From Obrimoposthia wandeli (taxonomy: Eukaryota), in assembly GCA_977020255.1 (NCBI GenBank), contig CDROCS010000546.1:1-64000 (forward strand): a stretch of DNA of 64,000 nucleotides. Reading direction: 5' to 3'. Below the pieces are notes generated by a model, which saw nothing but the letters and a program-made list of their open reading frames with translations, did no database searches and was not told where the DNA came from. Each line of letters opens with the position of its first letter. Position 1 is the first letter of the stretch. A program made the position numbers and the translations under genes. Shown here in pieces: positions 37,445 through 47,984 of this stretch.

Positions 37445-39076
37445 TCAATTAAACTTCTTGGCCCACTGTAACCAAAGTCGAGGTTCTTTATCTGGTGCAG
37501 TTATTGCTTCTGTATCACTACGCCATGCTGCCGTCACACTTACATTACCTAGCGATTGGTGACGGTAGACAACTGATGCACCTATACCTGACAATTTCTT
37601 AGTGTTATCTGTATTAGTTTGCGCTGAATGCTTCTTGGTTTCGCCAAAACCTGCATCTACAAAACCGCTGAAAGTCCACGCTGAATTAAACCTATAAAAA
37701 AGTTCAACGCTGGACAGGACACCCACATCGACTAAGCCTTCACCTTGTGGGTAAGCACGTACAGCATCAGCTCCGCCGAGTGAAAATTTATGTGCACTAG
37801 CCAAATTAGTCGAACTATGCTGCCCACTAATAGCTCCTTTTATTGTGAAGTTATCACCCAGTAAACGATTGTGCTGTAAAGAGATTTCCATTTTAGAAAA
37901 TGAACCTTCTATTGGGTCCTGCTGCACTTTATCCTCAACATTACCTACCTCTAATTTGGCACTCCAGTCAGTTCGGTTACCTGGATTACTAAAGTCGCCG
38001 TAAAGCGAAAAATCAACACTTTTTATCTTACGATCGCTGGTTTGTAAAGTAAGTGTAGAATCATCATATTGGCTTAAGCGGTAATTAACATCCGTGTAAA
38101 TATTCGAGTTTAAACTACGACGCCACGGGTAATGCAGGCCAATTTTAAAAGTATCACTCTTTCCATTGGCGTCTAAAGCACTGAACTCCTCTCCCAATTC
38201 ATAGTGTGTATTGCTATAACCAAGTTTGAGCGCTAAACCATCATATCCAATAGGTAAATCTGCATCTAATGCGATGTAGCTATACTGCGTGCCACCACTC
38301 ACTAAACTCAATAGGTATCGACCACCATAACCTGCAGGATCATTGAGCTGTAATATTGTGCCGCCCCGGACCGCATTTGTGTATCTGTTACCCTTATTGT
38401 CCAAAGTAAGATTACCTTGCAACAATGGCTGCTCTTTAGCAGTTATTCCTAAATTAGTCTCTCCGCGCCGTGCTCCTGGGCTAAAGGTTCCTTGGACTGC
38501 TACTCCACGGTCAGCGAGTAACCTAAGCTTACGCTCAATTACAGAACTGCTAAGTGGCGTACTTGCTAAACCCTCAAAATAGCCACGCATTCTTGCTTCA
38601 TCAATACGACCGTCAATTTCTAAGGCAAGCCCTCCAAGCAAGCCTTCGAGGATTTCAATTTTGAGTGATTTATCGCTGATATCTTGCTGCGGTAGGTAAG
38701 CGGTCGCCATAAAATAGCCCATTTGCCTATAGTAGCGAGTGACTTTAGTCGCTATATTCTTCAGTCCGATAAAGTCTTGCGCTCTATCTAACTGGGAGTC
38801 GATCACCAACTTTAACTGCTGATCGCTCAATACGGTATTCCCGCTAAAAATCACCTCCTTTATTATAACTTTGGGACCTTTCCCTAAACTCTCCGAAGGC
38901 TCAGGTAAAGGCCTAGAAAGGTCTATATCAGACTCTGGCAGTATATCCCGTTCAATAACAGGTGAACTTTGTTGGATTACTCCCCCATCTGGTACGACCG
39001 GTGTAGCCGCACGTACACATGCAGACAGCATACTCAAAGCCACTAATATGATTTTTATTCTCTTAGTTACAAGCAT
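37445..39076 (-). CDS. TpsB (ShlB/FhaC/HecB) two-partner secretion outer-membrane transporter
   Basis: Signal peptide. POTRA motif Y.R..GY..A.AYLPQQ. DNKGNRYT, VRAYPQG and a terminal aromatic beta-strand. Confidence 0.9.
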   Translation of the reverse strand: MLVTKRIKIILVALSMLSACVRAATPVVPDGGVIQQSSPVIERDILPESDIDLSRPLPEPSESLGKGPKVIIKEVIFSGNTVLSDQQLKLVIDSQLDRAQDFIGLKNIATKVTRYYRQMGYFMATAYLPQQDISDKSLKIEILEGLLGGLALEIDGRIDEARMRGYFEGLASTPLSSSVIERKLRLLADRGVAVQGTFSPGARRGETNLGITAKEQPLLQGNLTLDNKGNRYTNAVRGGTILQLNDPAGYGGRYLLSLVSGGTQYSYIALDADLPIGYDGLALKLGYSNTHYELGEEFSALDANGKSDTFKIGLHYPWRRSLNSNIYTDVNYRLSQYDDSTLTLQTSDRKIKSVDFSLYGDFSNPGNRTDWSAKLEVGNVEDKVQQDPIEGSFSKMEISLQHNRLLGDNFTIKGAISGQHSSTNLASAHKFSLGGADAVRAYPQGEGLVDVGVLSSVELFYRFNSAWTFSGFVDAGFGETKKHSAQTNTDNTKKLSGIGASVVYRHQSLGNVSVTAAWRSDTEAITAPDKEPRLWLQWAKKFN

Positions 39077-39295
39077 TCTCTGCCTTTGATGAAAAGTATT
39101 TTGTTATCAACTTTACCTACCGTTCCAGCTACTGTGTTGCATATTTTAAATTCATTGGCTAATCAATCACAAATGTAGTCACCGATATCTCGACACTAGT
39201 GAAAACATTAAACATGCGACCTATATTATTCTGCCATTTTAAAACAATCATTTATGAGCCTATTCTAGATTTTGTAAAATAATATTTCGGAATAA

Positions 39296-42073
39296 TCATT
39301 CATTCGTCTTTAATTTAAGCCCACCGTTGACAACTACTAGAGGTGCATTGTTTTCAGCAAAGCATCCAACACTTCCCTCTTCACAGGTCATTGCTTTGAA
39401 ATCTGGGTGCGTTTCTTCCACTATAAGTTGCGCTGCGTTCAGACCATGACTACTTGAACTTTCTCCTATACCAAAACCATCGGTATTCTGGGCACTATTC
39501 CAATAACTCGTCGCTATAGTGCTATTAGTAGCTTTACCCACTAAGGCACCTCTATTTGTGATACCACCTGTATCGGTTGCTCCTAGGTCATCTTTAACCT
39601 GCCCACCAAAGTAACCATTAGTAATAACTGCCTCATTTGCAAAGCCAACAATCCCTCCTGCTGGATAGTAAACAGCACCATCATTACTTTTTACTTTTAC
39701 ATCACCTAATGCATAAACATCAGTTATATATACCTTGTCTGAAGTGATACTTGTTGTCCTGCCCACAACCCCAGCTACACCCGTATTCGTAGAGATAGTC
39801 CCAGCTCCACTGGTTAATATTTCAATATTTGATAACGAGTATGACTGTGTGACAGATGTAGTTCCACCTGAAGTAATATCACGTAACAACCCTACGATTC
39901 CACCTACGCTACCGCCATTTGAGGCACTGGAAGTCCCTGAAACACTTCCCGAACTGTGGCTTTTACTAATGGTACTGTCATCCAGATAACCTACTATTCC
40001 ACCCAGTTTCTGAGCATTAGTGTTCGACCAAACTTTCCCAGCATAGCTAACATTTTCGAACGTTGAATTGGTTGTCGCTCTTCCTGCTATACCGCCCAAA
40101 TTTTTATCCCCACGCACTTCACCCGACGCCAATGAATCAGTCACATTTACCGTGACTCCCAAACCAAGCAGACCACCAACATGCTTCGCCCCGTAAACGG
40201 TTCCCACGACTTCACTGCCACTTATTTTAGTATTTGTAGCATTACCAATGAGCCCACCAGTTGCTTCTGCACTTCCATTACCTATATCCGCTTTGACGCT
40301 GCTATTGTAAATATTCACGCTGTCACCGGTGCCTACCAGACCGCCCAAGTTTAGTGTAGTCGCGAGCACTTGCACGGTACTGTGCACATTATCAATCGTT
40401 AGGTTATTACCGGTCCCCACCACTGCACCGACATTGCTATCCCCGGCAACAGTTCCATCCAGTGTTGTGTTGCGAAAATAGCTATCAGTCGCTGCCTGCT
40501 CGAATAATCCGACATCAGTGTCTGCCAGCTGGCTAATGGTGAGATTGTTGATGCTGTGACCTAAACCATCAAACCCCTGTAGGCTTGCGGTGAGTGGCGT
40601 GAATGCGCCCGTCAGTGTTATGTCGCTCCCCAGTGCAAAGTGATCCACCGTATTAATGGCGGCTAAATCAGCTTCACTGTTTATCATCTGATATACCTGT
40701 CCATCACGATCATAAACCGCATTACTACCGCTGAGCGCTATCTCTCCTGCGGTGCCAAAAATAACCTTCTGATCTTGAGCGAACTCCGCTGCGCTGTAAG
40801 CTTTGTTCCAGTTGCTCCCACTGTTATAACTAAGTCCAGTATCTAGAGTTACTCCACTAAAATTGCCAGTTGCGGTGATGACCGCATTGATTTCTATATT
40901 GCGCTCAGCTTGTAATGTCAGGACGCTGTTGTTCGTGCTCCAAGTGAGGTCACTGTTAACTTTGATGTCCCCATTTCCCGCCACTGCACTCGCTTCTGAT
41001 GTGGTTTGCACTGTCACGGAACCTGCCGCCAATGCAGTTTGCAATGCAGATACAGCTAAAGACCCTACCGCCCCGCTATTATCGATAGTGACGTCCTTTG
41101 GATCAATCAACCACAGACCACTGTCAGCCAACAGCGATTGGGTATTCACCACCGCTCCTTTCTTTACCGTCACTGTCGCGGCCGACGTTTCGACGAATCC
41201 ACCGTTTCCAGTGCTAGAGGATACATCTAAGGTGCCCGTTAGCGTCGTGGTCCCGACATTCATATCCGCCAAGAGGATTATTTTTCCCTCTTTTTCTGCA
41301 ATACCCTGCGCTTGAATGACGCCACTATTATTAACCGCCGCACCCAACAGCGCATCAGCGGCTTCTGCTCGTAACAGTACTTGACCACCATCAGCGTGAA
41401 TAAGTTGCTGATTATCTACTAGCGCATCGTAAGTACCCTGTTGTATGTCAACCGCCAATAGCTTATCGCTGCCAAAGCTAAGTTTAATGCGATCCCCCGC
41501 GGCCATTACCACTGCAGCGTCCCCTGCTGCACTTGAGCTTGCGACTAGCCAACCCTGATTAGTCACTTGATTCCCTAATAATGCAATGGTATTGGCATTA
41601 ATGTTACCTTGGTTCAAAATTGCCCCAAGCGCTCCATTACTCTGGAATTGGTAGTTGCCACTGAGAAAATCGCTGTCATTAATATTGAGCGTGGATGCCA
41701 CCAGCGCCCCGACTTCGACTTGAGCTCCCGGGGCGAAAGTTACTCCGTTAGGATTGACTAAGAACACTTGGCCGTTGGCTTGCATCTTGCCAAGAATCGC
41801 AGAAGGGTTGGTACCTGTGACCCGGTTCAAAGTCACTGAACTGATACTAGGTTGCACAAAAGTAACACTCTCGTTGGCCTGAATATCAAAGCCTTGCCAA
41901 TTAATAATCGCTTTAGCGCTCTGCTGTTGCACATTGAGCGTGGTAGCACTCGATTGTAAGGTGACACTACCGGCGACAACACTACCGTTTTGCGGCAATG
42001 CCAATAGCGGCTGGCTCAGTAATAGCATATTGGCACAGGCAATCGCTATACGTATCTTATTCTGTCTATTCAT
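39296..42073 (-). CDS. TpsA exoprotein: filamentous-haemagglutinin N-terminal (TPS) domain plus GLUG-like repeats (ORF open to 42133)
   Basis: LPQNGSVVAG, AIINWQGF, LNRV and VFLVNPNG secretion-domain motifs. About 10 GG(L/I)(V/I)G repeats. Confidence 0.88.
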   Translation of the reverse strand: MNRQNKIRIAIACANMLLLSQPLLALPQNGSVVAGSVTLQSSATTLNVQQQSAKAIINWQGFDIQANESVTFVQPSISSVTLNRVTGTNPSAILGKMQANGQVFLVNPNGVTFAPGAQVEVGALVASTLNINDSDFLSGNYQFQSNGALGAILNQGNINANTIALLGNQVTNQGWLVASSSAAGDAAVVMAAGDRIKLSFGSDKLLAVDIQQGTYDALVDNQQLIHADGGQVLLRAEAADALLGAAVNNSGVIQAQGIAEKEGKIILLADMNVGTTTLTGTLDVSSSTGNGGFVETSAATVTVKKGAVVNTQSLLADSGLWLIDPKDVTIDNSGAVGSLAVSALQTALAAGSVTVQTTSEASAVAGNGDIKVNSDLTWSTNNSVLTLQAERNIEINAVITATGNFSGVTLDTGLSYNSGSNWNKAYSAAEFAQDQKVIFGTAGEIALSGSNAVYDRDGQVYQMINSEADLAAINTVDHFALGSDITLTGAFTPLTASLQGFDGLGHSINNLTISQLADTDVGLFEQAATDSYFRNTTLDGTVAGDSNVGAVVGTGNNLTIDNVHSTVQVLATTLNLGGLVGTGDSVNIYNSSVKADIGNGSAEATGGLIGNATNTKISGSEVVGTVYGAKHVGGLLGLGVTVNVTDSLASGEVRGDKNLGGIAGRATTNSTFENVSYAGKVWSNTNAQKLGGIVGYLDDSTISKSHSSGSVSGTSSASNGGSVGGIVGLLRDITSGGTTSVTQSYSLSNIEILTSGAGTISTNTGVAGVVGRTTSITSDKVYITDVYALGDVKVKSNDGAVYYPAGGIVGFANEAVITNGYFGGQVKDDLGATDTGGITNRGALVGKATNSTIATSYWNSAQNTDGFGIGESSSSHGLNAAQLIVEETHPDFKAMTCEEGSVGCFAENNAPLVVVNGGLKLKTNE

Positions 42074-42474
42074 TCTGCCAAAACCGTTAGTCATACCCGA
42101 TGAGCTTACTTTCTTCATTTCAATTCCCAACATTTAAAGCCAATTCTAATACGACTACCTGCTTAGTCATCTCTATTGAATAACTTATTAATAATGAGAT
42201 ATAAGAGATTAGAACTAGCGAATTCTTAACCTTAATTAACTTTAGTACAAGATATCTAAAACGCTAATTTCAATGAAAAAATAAGGAAATTTAATAGATG
42301 GATTATATAAATTTAGTGGTATGCGACCCAGAATCTTGCGATGGGAGATGTCGTTTAACTTTCATCGTGGAGAGAAAATATAAAGGTATAAAGGCTAACG
42401 TCGTAGTGAGTGTAAATAACTCCGGCTACGCTAGCCTTGATTAGCGTTGTGGAACGCCAAAACTTAGATAGGTT

Positions 42475-43200
42475 TTAGGTGAGTTTGTAACGTAAAAAAG
42501 CACAAATCCAACTGGCAACTAGTTCGCGCTGTATCGGGTTTGCAATATTCTCTATCGCCTGGCTACTCAGTTCGTGTGGCAGCAGTTTAAGGTCGCGCCG
42601 GTTAGTCAAAAGTTTACCGGTATAATTGGCGTCAAATTCTGGATGCCCCTGAAAAGAAATCGCTTTATCATTAAAATTTAGCGCCGCGTAAGGGCAAAAA
42701 CTCGAACTGGCAATAACTTGGGTGCCCGGCGGTAGCTCAACCACCTGATCTTGGTGGTAAGCTTGGATAGAAAATTGCGCTGAAGAGTTGTCCATCCAAG
42801 ATTCATGTCTATCAACTTGATATTGGGTAACACCCAGACTCCAGCCCTTATCTGATTTGATCACCTTGCCACCTAGCGCTTGTGCCACTAGTTGATGACC
42901 GAAGCAGATGCCTATGACAGGCACGTTGGACTGATAAGCAGACACGATCAAGTTCGACAGCGGGGCTATCCAAGGATGATCTTCATAGACACCAAACTTT
43001 GATCCAGTAATTAGCCAAGCATCACAGCTATTAGGATCCACCGGTATCTCACCATCAAGTACTGCATAGTACTTAAAATTCAAATTCGCATCGACTGCCC
43101 CCAACAACTGGCTAAACATATCCGGATAGCTACCGTGCTCCACACGATATTCTTGCGGTGGCAGACCTGTTTCTAAAATACCGATTGTGATTGTTTTCAT
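42475..43200 (-). CDS. Class I glutamine amidotransferase (GMP-synthase-like), possible gamma-glutamyl hydrolase
   Basis: LITGS, GICFGHQ and FQGHPE triad motifs. Confidence 0.85.
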   Translation of the reverse strand: MKTITIGILETGLPPQEYRVEHGSYPDMFSQLLGAVDANLNFKYYAVLDGEIPVDPNSCDAWLITGSKFGVYEDHPWIAPLSNLIVSAYQSNVPVIGICFGHQLVAQALGGKVIKSDKGWSLGVTQYQVDRHESWMDNSSAQFSIQAYHQDQVVELPPGTQVIASSSFCPYAALNFNDKAISFQGHPEFDANYTGKLLTNRRDLKLLPHELSSQAIENIANPIQRELVASWICAFLRYKLT

Positions 43201-43282
43201 TTATAAACCTTTTGATTACTTAGATCACACCGATACACACCTCCCAAAGATTGAGAGGTGCCTTACAAGACGGCGGGATTTA

Positions 43283-44671
43283 TTATACTTTTAACAAGTA
43301 AGTATCATATTCTAGACGGCTAATCCAGCTGGCAAAGCTCTGTTCTTCACTTTGTTTAACGCCGCAGAAAACGCGCTGCATCTCACTGCCGAAATATTCA
43401 CTGACAAAGCTCGACTCGGTCATCTGCTCAATCGCGATTGCCCAATGCCGGGTCATCGGCTTCAATTGCGTTAAGTCCGAATCATTCTGCAGCGCAGCTT
43501 TTGGCATGACGCCTTCTGCCAACCCCTTATGCATCCCCGCTAATACTGCGGCGATGACCAGATAAGGGTTGGCATCGGCGCCGGACACACGGTGCTCCAA
43601 TCGCGCATCATTACCTTTAATAGCGGGCACTCGCACTGCTGCAGCGCGATGATCATAACCCCAACAAGGGCTCACTGGTGCAAAACAACCGGGGGTATAG
43701 CGTCGATACGAATTGGCGTGAGGGGCGTAAATTAACTGAGTCTGCTCCATGGTATCCAGTAGCCCTGCCACTGCATGTGCCAGTAACGGATTAATACAAT
43801 CACTGTCACTGCTAAACACATTGCGCCCGGCACTGTCATTCAAGCTGGCATGTACATGCATGCCGTTACCCATTTCTTGAGCGTACACTTTTGCCATAAA
43901 GCTGGCGCGTAAATTGTACTTTTTCGACACTTGTTTAATTAGGCGTTTAAGAAGTATTGCTTGATCGGCAGCAAGTAGTGCATCAGCACAGTGTAGTAAA
44001 TTGATTTCAAACTGGCCCGGGCCACACTCGGCAATAGTTGTATCCACAGGCAAATTTTGCAGTTGTGCTGTGTCTAAAATATCTTGTAATACCTCATCGT
44101 ATTGCTCGAGCAGTTCCATGCTGTACTGCTGGCCTTCAACCAGTTGCTCACCTTCGGCATTGATAGGCCGCTGTGGTTCGCCTTCAACCCTGACAGGATC
44201 AATAAAATAGAATTCGAGCTCTGTCGCTACCACCGGTGTTAATTGTTGTGCTGCAAATCGTTTGAGCTGTCTCTCTAAGGCGACTCTGGCACTATACTCG
44301 CAAGGGCGCATTCCCTCTTGATCTATCATGGTGAGTAACATCTGTGCACTGGGTACGTTTGCCCAAGGCACTGGTGCCAACGTTTCAATTATCGGCAGGC
44401 AAATACCATCGGGATCGCCGACATTCAGCCCCAGTCCTAATTCTGGAGTATCGTCACTCCAAATATTGGCAAAACACGCTGAGCGCGGTAAACGAAATGC
44501 GCCTTTACTCAATTTAATCAACGAGCTGACTGGCAGCCACTTTCCGCGTAACACACCGTTCAGATCAACCAAAAGTAACTCTAAGCGCTGCGTGTCTGGG
44601 TAGCGCTGTAAAAAATCTGCAACACCTTGCTCGAACGCCGATACATCAAAATCGTAATCTACTAACTGCAT
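43283..44671 (-). CDS. Glutamine synthetase-like gamma-glutamylpolyamine synthetase (PuuA/PauA-like)
   Basis: DLNGVLRGK, ELEFY, GQFEINL, GNGMHVH and EHRVSGADANPY motifs. Confidence 0.88.
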   Translation of the reverse strand: MQLVDYDFDVSAFEQGVADFLQRYPDTQRLELLLVDLNGVLRGKWLPVSSLIKLSKGAFRLPRSACFANIWSDDTPELGLGLNVGDPDGICLPIIETLAPVPWANVPSAQMLLTMIDQEGMRPCEYSARVALERQLKRFAAQQLTPVVATELEFYFIDPVRVEGEPQRPINAEGEQLVEGQQYSMELLEQYDEVLQDILDTAQLQNLPVDTTIAECGPGQFEINLLHCADALLAADQAILLKRLIKQVSKKYNLRASFMAKVYAQEMGNGMHVHASLNDSAGRNVFSSDSDCINPLLAHAVAGLLDTMEQTQLIYAPHANSYRRYTPGCFAPVSPCWGYDHRAAAVRVPAIKGNDARLEHRVSGADANPYLVIAAVLAGMHKGLAEGVMPKAALQNDSDLTQLKPMTRHWAIAIEQMTESSFVSEYFGSEMQRVFCGVKQSEEQSFASWISRLEYDTYLLKV

Positions 44672-44682
44672 ACTTTTTCTCT

Positions 44683-45025
44683 TTATTTATTATTTGCCGC
44701 GAATAGGCAAAGTAAATTGAGCGCGACTGTCGTCGCCGCTAACGAGGTAATTTGGCCGACATTTCCACCACGTCCATCCACACTGCATTGATCCCCTATA
44801 GGCCCGCTGTAATACAAATACCTGGCCGATTGGTCACTGACAAATCGAAGGGACCACCGACCATTGCACATAGACATCAGTTAACACCTTAGTGTAGGCG
44901 CGCCGCATAAAGCTCAGTATTCCACTGTAGACCAGCTCACCTATCGTGCCACAGCACGACTCGCGAGCAAGCGCCAAGTCAATTTTTTGAAACTCATCAG
45001 TGCCGCTAGCTAAACCTTTCATCAC
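44683..45025 (-). pseudogene. Possible decayed N-terminus of a PuuB-like FAD oxidoreductase
   Basis: Fragments LTDVYV..(VGG) and IG....DGRGGNVGQI resemble TDVCIIGGG and IGWGASGRNGGQ in shifting frames. Confidence 0.3.
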
Positions 45026-45032
45026 TTACTCT

Positions 45033-45857
45033 CTAAGTCGTTGCCTTGGCTTGTTGCTCGTAAAGGCGTTTTTTCAGCGCTGCACGTTTGGTCACTAATG
45101 ATGCAGCAACGACGCCGACGGAGACAATTAAGATCAAGATAGTGGACAGTGCATTAATTTGCGGATTTAGACCTAGGCGTACTTGGGAATAAATTTTCAT
45201 GGGTAGTGTTGTAGCACCAGGTCCTGAAGTGAAGGAAGCAATCACTAAATCATCCAAGGATAACGTAAAAGCTAACAACCAAGCGGCAAAGATAGAAGGG
45301 GCTATAATCGGCAGAGTCACCTGTAAAAAAGCGGTCAGTTTATTGCAACCCAAATCCAGTGCCGCTTCTTCAAGTGAATTATCAAAGGTGACTAAGCGCG
45401 AGGAAACCACCACCGCGACATAACACATGCTAAATGTGATATGCGCCATAGTGATAGTCCAAAACCCACGGTCAAAACCCAGAGCAACAAAGAGTAATAA
45501 CAGCGATAACCCAGTAATCACTTCAGGCATTACCAGTGGCGCGTAGATCATCCCCGAAAAGAGGGTACGCCCTTTAAATAAGCCCCCGCGAGTCAACACT
45601 AACGCGCCTAAAGTACCCAGTACTGTGGCCAAACTGGCACTGACGAAAGCCACTTTACAGGTCATCCAAGCCGCGTCGAGGAACGCATCATTTTCCAAGA
45701 GACTGGCGTACCATTTAGTAGAGAACCCACCCCACACCGTCACTAATTTTGACTTATTAAAACTAAACAAAATCAGTAGCAAAATGGGAATATACAAGAA
45801 GGCAAAGCCAAAGACTAAGGAGGTAATATTAAACCAGCTAAAACGATTAACACTCAT
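45033..45857 (-). CDS. potI: Putrescine ABC transporter permease
   Basis: FLYIPI..LI.FSFN.S, EEAALDLG and LSLDD motifs. Confidence 0.9.
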   Translation of the reverse strand: MSVNRFSWFNITSLVFGFAFLYIPILLLILFSFNKSKLVTVWGGFSTKWYASLLENDAFLDAAWMTCKVAFVSASLATVLGTLGALVLTRGGLFKGRTLFSGMIYAPLVMPEVITGLSLLLLFVALGFDRGFWTITMAHITFSMCYVAVVVSSRLVTFDNSLEEAALDLGCNKLTAFLQVTLPIIAPSIFAAWLLAFTLSLDDLVIASFTSGPGATTLPMKIYSQVRLGLNPQINALSTILILIVSVGVVAASLVTKRAALKKRLYEQQAKATT

Positions 45858-46765
45858 TAGTTCTGCCCCTTCAATTCACGTTCTTGCATCTTTTGGAAGA
45901 GCACTATCGGTACAATCAATAAGAGCAGTAACACGACTGCCACCGCTGAAGATACTGGCCAATCCCGGTTATTAAAGAACTCACCCCACAATGTTTTACC
46001 TATCATCAAGGTGCTTGAACCGCCGAGTAAATCTGGAATAACGAACTCCCCCATTGCAGGAATAAAAACCAAGAAGCAGCCCGCGATAATCCCTGGTAAC
46101 GCCAATGGCACGATAATCACCCAGAATGTTTTCAATTGAGTACAACCCAAATCGAGAGCCGCTTCCAATAAGCTGTAATCAATTTTCTCTAATGCCGCAT
46201 AAAGTGGCAGCACCATGAAAGGTAAATACGAGTACACAATACCGATATAAACCGCAATATCAGTATTGAGAATAATCAAAGGCTGATCGATCACCCCGAT
46301 ATACATCAAAAAATTATTGAGTAGCCCCTCTGGCTTTAAAATACCTATCCAAGCATAAACTCGAATAAGAAAGCTGGTCCAAAACGGTAAGATAATCAGC
46401 ATTACTAAGGTGGCGCGCCACTGTGGCGGTGTTTTTGCCATACCATAGGCAATGGGAAAGCCTATCATTAGGGTCAATAATGTGGATATTAAGGCAATTT
46501 TTAAACTTGATAGATAGGAGCGCCAATAAAGGTCATCCTCCACTAAGTAAAGGTAGTTTTCAAAATCTAGCTCACTGATTAATTGCCAAATACCAGCCAA
46601 GCCAGCGGAGCTGTCATACACGGGAACGTAAGGTGGCCGCGCGGTGGCAATATCTGAGAAGGACATTTTGACCACAGATGCAAAGGGTAATAAAAAAAGC
46701 ACTAGCAGCCAGATAAAAGGTATCGCGATGAGCATCACGCGACCCCAATTTATGGATTTATTCAT
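45857..46765 (-). CDS. potH: Putrescine ABC transporter permease
   Basis: LPFWTSFLIRVYAW, LEAALDLG and NRDWP motifs. Confidence 0.9.
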   Translation of the reverse strand: MNKSINWGRVMLIAIPFIWLLVLFLLPFASVVKMSFSDIATARPPYVPVYDSSAGLAGIWQLISELDFENYLYLVEDDLYWRSYLSSLKIALISTLLTLMIGFPIAYGMAKTPPQWRATLVMLIILPFWTSFLIRVYAWIGILKPEGLLNNFLMYIGVIDQPLIILNTDIAVYIGIVYSYLPFMVLPLYAALEKIDYSLLEAALDLGCTQLKTFWVIIVPLALPGIIAGCFLVFIPAMGEFVIPDLLGGSSTLMIGKTLWGEFFNNRDWPVSSAVAVVLLLLLIVPIVLFQKMQERELKGQN

Positions 46766-46772
46766 CGTTTCG

Positions 46773-47918
46773 CTACTCCGTTAAGACCACGGGGGCATCG
46801 GCATTCCAGGAGAGCCAGACATCATCCTCCCAAGTGATAGAGCGCTTTTTCAGGCGATTGCGATTGACTCGCTGGGTTTTAATCATCGTGCCATCCGCTA
46901 ATTTCACGTGATAGGTAGACGTATTCCCGATATAGGCGATATCCCACACTTTACCTTGTATAAGATTATCCTCGCCTTCAGGCTTTTCTTTGCTAATCGC
47001 TATTTTTTCTGGGCGCAGTGCCAGCCAGACTTGGCTATCGATTTGTAGCTGTTTATCGGTATCGGCACAGAGCTCTGCCTCCAACTGGCTGCTAAATTTG
47101 GCGCAACCTTGGGTGGTAGAAAGGTGCTGTGCCTGAATAAAGTTCACATCGCCGATAAAATCAGCAACGTAACGCGAACTGGGTTCTTCGTAGATGATAT
47201 CTGGTGTAGCCACTTGCATCACCTTGCCGTGATCCATTACCGCTATACGACTGGAGACAGTCATCGCCTCTTCTTGATCGTGGGTGACGATGACAAAGGT
47301 CATGCCTAACTCTTCCTGCAAATTCATCAATTCGAACTGGGTCTGCTCGCGCAGTTTTTTGTCCAGCGCGCCAAGAGGCTCATCAAGTAGCAACAACTTA
47401 GGTTTTTTTGCCAGTGAACGGGCTAATGCCACACGCTGACGCTGGCCTCCTGATAGCTGTTCCGGACGGCGTCTGGCAAAACCCTCCAATTTGACCAATG
47501 CCAGCATTTCACGAACCCGCTGATCTATTTCACGCTTGGGCCGTTTCTCCTGCTTCAAGCCAAAAGCGATATTTTGCTCGATAGTCATATGGGGAAAAAG
47601 CGCGTAGGACTGAAACATCATGTTAACCGGCCGCTTGTTCGGCGGCACGGCTGATACATCTTCACCACCGATAAAAATACGTCCACTGGTCGGCGTTTCG
47701 AACCCGCCGAGTAAGCGCATCAAGGTCGTTTTTCCACAACCGGAAGGGCCTAAGAGCGAATAGAATTCTCGCTCGTAAATATCCAAGGTTAAATTGGATA
47801 TCGCGGTGAAATCACCATATTTTTTGGTGACATTTTCAAAGCGAATTAACGGCTCAACATTGTCGTCTAACCAGGGCTCACACACATCGCCAGCGCCTTT
47901 TTGTTCGGGAGAATTCAT
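46773..47918 (-). CDS. potG: Putrescine ABC transporter ATP-binding protein
   Basis: GPSGCGKT, LSGGQRQR and LLDEP motifs. Confidence 0.9.
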   Translation of the reverse strand: MNSPEQKGAGDVCEPWLDDNVEPLIRFENVTKKYGDFTAISNLTLDIYEREFYSLLGPSGCGKTTLMRLLGGFETPTSGRIFIGGEDVSAVPPNKRPVNMMFQSYALFPHMTIEQNIAFGLKQEKRPKREIDQRVREMLALVKLEGFARRRPEQLSGGQRQRVALARSLAKKPKLLLLDEPLGALDKKLREQTQFELMNLQEELGMTFVIVTHDQEEAMTVSSRIAVMDHGKVMQVATPDIIYEEPSSRYVADFIGDVNFIQAQHLSTTQGCAKFSSQLEAELCADTDKQLQIDSQVWLALRPEKIAISKEKPEGEDNLIQGKVWDIAYIGNTSTYHVKLADGTMIKTQRVNRNRLKKRSITWEDDVWLSWNADAPVVLTE

Positions 47919-47984
47919 CGACGTACCTAAAGCTTAATTTGAGGAGAGATGACATAGCCGGACGCTAGCGCCCGGCAATTTTAG

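Noticed and set aside
39296-40300. Lower GC in the 3' half of tpsA suggesting a swapped C-terminus
   Set aside because: Spot counts of a few 60-bp lines (about 45% versus 52%) are too few, and amino-acid bias could explain the difference. A proper GC3 scan is needed.
42318-42353. Minus-strand hairpin with GCAA loop upstream of tpsA, resembling P2 of a c-di-GMP-I riboswitch
   Set aside because: The GGCAAAC and ACGCAAAGCC conserved segments and P3 are not matched. An Infernal search with RF01051 would be needed.
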